A DNA stretch of 63,905 nt, filler included, from Stramenopiles sp. TOSAG23-3 (lineage: Eukaryota): NCBI GenBank assembly GCA_900128585.1. It is 7 parts of 7 records of this genome, joined end to end, with 100 filler letters (N's around TTAATTAATTAA, not from the genome) between each part and the next. Parts side by side here need not be neighbours in the genome. Positions count along the whole stretch, not along the records: positions 54,925 to 63,905 come from LT642964.1; 6 more parts are not named here. The stretch is one strand, 5' to 3'. Shown piece after piece: positions 57,901-63,905 of the stretch. A program made the translations under genes and the position numbers. A model generated the notes under the pieces. That model was not told where the DNA came from. It saw only the letters and a program-made list of their open reading frames with translations, and made no database searches. Each line of letters opens with the position of its first letter. The stretch's first letter is position 1.

Positions 57901-60900
57901 GAGACCTGCAGGACCAGAGGGGAGTTCTGGACATACACACGTAATTTTATTTGCATTTACAAATGTTGCATTTACGCCTTCTGAGTCTCCAATTTTGCAC
58001 ATGCTTTCGCCATAGTCAAAAAAACGGTCGCCGACGATTGTTATGATACTATTCCAAGTTACAACTTCAGGAGTTACTAACTTTAAAGTCGGAATCGATT
58101 GGAATCGGAACCATTGGTTTGTATTGTAGAAATCAACATCATTAAACGAAAGTTGCAATTCATGCAACCCGTCTGTAGCATTCGTGGTCACACATTCAAG
58201 ATAACTGTCACTAAAAACGTGCCCGTTTTCAGCACCAAATAGACCGAATCGACACTTTACAGACCCTGTTGAACGGAAGCCTTTACCGTGTATCCTAACA
58301 ACCCCGCCCCCAAGCAACGATCCAGATTTTGGAACGATCTGGACCACATCTATAGGCCCATGTATGCTGTAAGCTACGCCATTTGAAGTGGCACTTGAAT
58401 CGATTGCAACCCGAAGAATGGTGTTTTTGCTATCATCAAAATCAGGGGTCTTGCACCATACTTCATTTCGGGACACAAACGTTGCTGCCATTGATGCATT
58501 TTTCGACTTCAATTCAAATATACAATTCAGTTGAGGGACATTGGGAAAACCTGTTCCAGACACAGTTACAATCGTTCCCCCTATCGGAGGCCCAGAGGAA
58601 GGAAAAATTGAATCGATATGGAAATGTTCCACAAACGTTACCTTTTCCCCACCTCCCGAAAAATCTACATTGTTAAAAGCAATTTCTACTGTAACTTCCC
58701 CTGGTGCATGTGCAGGGGATATACAGTCTACTTCCGCCTTAGATACCCACGCACCTCGGACAATTTGGTTGCCAAATTTACAGCGAATGTTTACAGAATC
58801 AATAAAATTTTCCCCAGATATACGCACTAGTTCCCCCCCTGATTCAGCCAGCGAGGTCGGAGAAATAGATTCAATCAACGGGGTACTGTAGTAACGGAAT
58901 CTTTGTCGCGTTTCATAAAAGTCGATTCCATTTACGCTCACTTTAATCGTGACATCTCCAGCAACGTGTTGCGGAGACTGGCACAATACAGTACTTGAAG
59001 ACTTAAAAAATGCAAAATTAGGCTCTAATGACCCAAATTGACACCGGAGATTGCCATTATCGACAAAATTCATACCACTTATTTTTACGAAAGTCCCACC
59101 GTCGCTCGTTCCCATACTTGGTGAAAACGATACGAGGCTGACGCGAGACTCGTATTGAAATTCCAGTGACGTGACAAAATTTTGCCCATTATTACTTACA
59201 GATACAGGGCATTTTCCCTCTTTATGCGGCGGCGACGGACACGATATTCTTTCACTGGATGTAAAATTTCCAGACACTATTACATCACAAAATTTGCAGC
59301 GCAAATATTTTGATTCGGTAAAACCAAAACCAAAAATAGTTACAGAAGCACTACCTGTTATTGGACCGCTCGTAGGGTACAACGATGAAGTTTTTAGAGA
59401 CGATAAATACGTGAAATCTACAAAGTTACCGGCGATAAATTGGTTGTAATGGTTTGATACGCGAACCGGCAGACGTCCCGGGAAAGTTTTCGGCGTCAAA
59501 CATTTAATCGATGTTTTTGAAATAAATGTTGCGGCTGAATATATGTGATTTCCGAATTTACATGTAAGATTGCCCATGTTGCTAAAATGCTCTCCGCGCA
59601 CAACAATTTGGGTCCCTCCAGTCGTGGGCCCAATAGTCGGGAACACTGTGTGTACGATTGCAGATTGGCGATACGAAAATTGGACACCATCCGCTGAATA
59701 TTCTTCTCCATTAGTAGTAACTTCTACAGCTATTATTCCCACTTGCCCCGGGGGCAACACACAACTAACTTTGGTGGGTGTGATATACCTAGCAAAAGTG
59801 GTAACATTTTCACCAAATCGGCAAAGAAGGTTAACACCCGTGGCTTTAAACCCTTCTCCCAAGACAATAACAGTAATACCACCATTCAATGGCCCATATG
59901 TCGGGTTAACGCTCTGCACAGACGCAGGAGCCTCGTAGGAGAAATTAAATAAATCGTGCTGATAATCTTGCCCATTCATTGACACACTGAGTTTGACAAA
60001 ACCTTCCGAATGAGCTGGAGACATACATGAAAGTGACACAGATGACTTAAACGTTGCCGGAACTCTAACGCTTCCAAACTTACACGACAACCCTGCCGCA
60101 TCAAAAAACCCCGTACCCGATAATGTGACTTGGGTCGAACCTTTGGTAGTACCTCTCTGTGGAAAAAAGGAACTGATAGTGTACGTAGCAAAGTAGCTAA
60201 AACTCATATCCTCCAAATTGTCATTCGAAAAAGGCAATTTTCCAGCAGGCCCAATAACTGAAAGAGACAAATTTGATTCTGGGGCGTGAGGAGGCGAGAT
60301 GCAAAAAATTGTGTTTTCGTCTCTCCATTCTCCTGGGACGAGTACATTTCCAAACTCGCAAGTATAATTATTCATGCTAAACCCAGACCCTTTAATTTTA
60401 ACGGCTGTATGCCCATTTTCGCTCCCCAACCGTGGAGAGTATAACAGCACTTTTGGCGTAGCTAGTACACGAATTCTAAGCTTCTCGAGCGACATTTCCT
60501 GGATATTGTTGGTTACTCGGATTGTGATTTCACTATGAAAAGTGTCCCATGATAATGGGATAAAGACCCCGCAGCGCAACTCCGTCTCGGACACAAATAC
60601 AGCTCTATGCGAAGGGATTCCACCACTGTAGTGGCAAAATAGGTCAAATGTATTGACGAACTTTCCCCCAGTTATATTTACAATTGACAGCAAGCCCGGT
60701 TGGATATGTTTTGGAAATACGCCAGTTAGTTTTGGCCTCCGTATATATCGCATTTCGTAAGGGGATGAAAATTCTTGGCTATTGCGACTAATGGATAAAG
60801 TTGCTGCAGCCTCTAATGCATCCCCGGGGTTTATTGTTGGCGCATTGCACTCCAACGAAGTATTATTTTGGCTTTTGACCATCACTATTTGAGACACGTT

Positions 60901-63900
60901 CTTCTTCGCCAGTTCATCGTAGTATTGAAATAAGCAAGACATAGAATCGTCACCAGTAAATCCAACGCCATTCACAACTACAGTCGAATTTCCTGACATA
61001 GACACATTTCGATGGGACACCATTCCAATGACAGGTAAATCAGCATATCGAAAAAATGTTGTTGATGATTCAAAATCCAATTTGTTATTTGATACACTGA
61101 TAACGACCTCTCCATCCCTACCCGGAGGAGTCGTACATTTTAATTTATTGCTTTGCATGTACTCTGCCGGCACTTCATTTTCACCAAATCGACAACGTAG
61201 ATTATGAGACGCGATAAAGTTTTCCCCCGTGACAATGACATCTGTTCCACCGCCTATCACACCCGATGTTGGCGACACTGTAATAATTTCAGCACTATGA
61301 ACGTACTCAAATCGACGTCCACTTGTGCTGAAATCGACCCCGTTCAAACTAACTTCCACAGGTACCTGACCGGGCTCAAAAGCGGGAGAGTTACAGTAAA
61401 TTATATGTTTGCTGATAAACCTTGCAGTTATGAGCTGTATTTGAGTGTCACCAAACTTGCACATAAGATTGGTACTGTTCATAAACCCTGCACCTTGTAT
61501 CTTTAGAGCAGAGCCCCCGGTTCGTGGCCCCCATCTAGGAGATATGTTGCTGATTGTTACATCCGAAAAATATTTGAACTCAAGATTAGTGGCCGAAAAG
61601 GCTGCATTATCACCAATAGAAATTTCAACGGCAACGGCCCCAACTTTCCGCTGCGGCGGTGAAATACAGTTTATGAACGTTTCGTTTATGATAGCGCCAA
61701 CAACGAGGGTGTTTCTAAATCGGCAATAGGCTCGGTCAGAATTCACGAAACCTGTCCCCTGAATTGAGACAGTCGTTTGCCCACTTAATGGGCCAGACAC
61801 AGGGCTTATGCTGATTAACGATATCGCAGGAACGATTTGGAAAGGTATCGAGTTATCCAAATAATTAACACCGTCTAGAGACACTGTTAAGTACACCATG
61901 CCAGGTGTAAGTTTAGGCACAGTACATTTAAATGAGGTCATCAAAATATCTGTTGCAGCAATATTTAACTCACCAAAACGGCAAAATACTGTATCGCTCT
62001 GAACAGCTGTTCCATCTAAAAAGATTGTAATTGCCGCTCCACCCAGTTCAGAAGCATAATCTGGTAATACACTTACTAAAGACGAATCTCGTCGATAAGT
62101 GAATAGAGGTGTCCCACTGTTAATAGTTTGCCCATGTTTTGATAAACTCATTGAGGCAGGACCTGGCTTATCGACCGCGGGACTTTCACAGACGATTTCG
62201 GAATCTGAAATTATCGTGCCGTTAACTTCGTTTTCGCCGTAATGACACACAACAGAGGTTTTATCGTTTTCTATTATGGCATTAAAACCCGAGCCAATTA
62301 GGCGACTTCTTGTGCCTCCAGTCAATGCTCCTCTAGAGGGTATAATCCCCGAGAGTAAAACCGAACGATAAAATTTGAATGTTAAGAAAGAGGAGGACCA
62401 TTCATGCCCATTATTTGAAACTTCGATTGACACAGTCTGGCTACCTTGAGACGAGAGGCAAGGTGTTAAGCAATATATTGAAGTACTGGATACAAACGTT
62501 GCTGTTACGGGGATGTTTTTATTCCCAAAGCGGCAAGACAATTCACTGGTGTTTAAAAATCCCGTCCCGTAAATATACACAGTGCTGCCACCCGCAGATG
62601 GACCACTAGATGGTTCAATGAACGATAGTGTGTGCTTGGTTGTAAATCTAAATGAAACACCGAGATCATCAAAATCGACAGAATTCATAGACAGAGACAA
62701 CTGTGCCAACCCAACTGGATGATGAGGTGACACACATTTCACAACACTTTTCGTTGAATAAAACGCTGGGACTACTGCATTTTCACCAAATCTGCACAAA
62801 ATAGTGGCCGAAGATGGATGCTTGTTATCAAACAAATAGATCGAGACTATCGAACCACCTTCATCGGCGCCATGAAGTGGCTCAATGTGGGAAACAACGA
62901 AGCCATCATAAAGACCTAAGCGTATACCACTTGTAGTGATGGGAATGCCACCCTCTGCAATTCTTACAGACAAAGAACTCAGCGAATATTTTGTCACATT
63001 AGGAGTCTGGCATAGGATTAAAGTCGACGACCTGACATTGGCAATAGAATTAAACTTAAAGTCACCACTTTGAAATACACACGATTTGTTAGTCCCTTTG
63101 GTGGGAAACGACTGCCCGATTACTTGAATTGCAGCAGTTCCTGAGGCTTTTACAACAGATGGAATTATGTTTGAAATCGCAGCACTCGGTTCGTACGTGA
63201 ACGTTTTATCGGAATAGGTTCGGTGCACATTTTCAATCGAATTGCTGATATCAAAAGCAACAGCACCGTTATTTATTTGAACATTTTGGGCAGGAGGACT
63301 CACGCATTCCAGGAAAGTAGAATTCTTAACAATTGCGACTACTACTCTTTTTCCAAAGTGGCATTTGCAGCCACTAGTTGAAAAGCCTGTTCCTAGAACC
63401 TTGATAGTCGAGCCTCCAACCTGGGGCCCTCGATTGGGTGAAAACTGTACTACTTTCGCGCTAGGCATATATCTGAAAACAATGGAGGTGTCGGAGTAAT
63501 CAACGCCATTGTTTGTAATAGAAAGTAATACTTGTCCCGGTCGCCCAACAGGCGAAATGCATTCAATTGCATTTTCGGAAACATGCCTACCCGGGGTAGG
63601 TACGCTATTTCCAAATCGGCAAAGAAGACCATGGCTATTCAAAAAATGCTTTCCTGATACGAACACAACTGTCCCACCTTTGTCAGAACCATAGCTGGGC
63701 TCAACTGTTGTCAAATGTATGCTTTCGTGGTATTCAAAACTAACCGTTTCTAACCCAAAATCATCCCGATTAACACTTACACTTACAGCTGCAATGCCCG
63801 AAGTCTCTCTTGCAGGAGACACACATGATACTGAAGAAACGGAAATGTATTCGGCGTGGACAATCTTATCCCCAAATCGGCAAAACACTGAGTCACTTTC

Positions 63901-63905
63901 CATAA
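54925..63905 (-). CDS. Giant IPT/TIG-repeat surface protein (internal fragment, ~3000 aa, truncated at both ends)
   Basis: Roughly 30 tandem modules P..G...GGT.V.+.G..F.....CRFG......C.SP...G...+.+S.NG.D+; uninterrupted frame across the contig. Confidence 0.93.

Overview
Eukaryotic nuclear DNA from an intron-poor, flagellated protist; the gene repertoire is most consistent with a stramenopile (inference). The window is not one locus. It is seven ~9 kb contigs (9077, 9074, 9065, ~9056, 9042, 9010 and 8981 nt, in decreasing size) joined by an artificial 100-nt spacer (44N-TTAATTAATTAA-44N), so adjacency across spacers means nothing. About 25 protein genes are supportable: SDHAF3, guanylate kinase, a tandem glycosyltransferase, TAF1C/Rrn6-like, NAGPA, PMP34/SLC25A17, a flavin amine oxidase, CSPP1/CCDC66-like, a calmodulin-like protein, a PLP aminotransferase-family enzyme, an LRR-IQ-WW-Tudor protein, katanin p60, an FHA protein, a DUF1749 hydrolase, a PDZ protein, RPA49, WDR5-like, CFAP20, DNAJC1-like and two giant surface proteins. 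Three GT-AG introns were resolved by hand. The most notable observations are: (1) a bacterial-type PLP enzyme fused in frame to a Yvh1/DUSP12 zinc-binding domain; (2) a TAF1C-like protein with a giant-virus-like zinc finger; (3) a WDR5 homologue that has lost its WIN-pocket aromatics; (4) a motor-less dynein stalk-like region fused to Tudor/IQ/ZnF/FHA; (5) a nested palindromic micro-element with a 12-bp duplication; (6) two recurrent non-coding motifs shared across contigs. No RNA genes or CRISPR arrays were seen. All family assignments come from motif recognition by eye; no searches were run.
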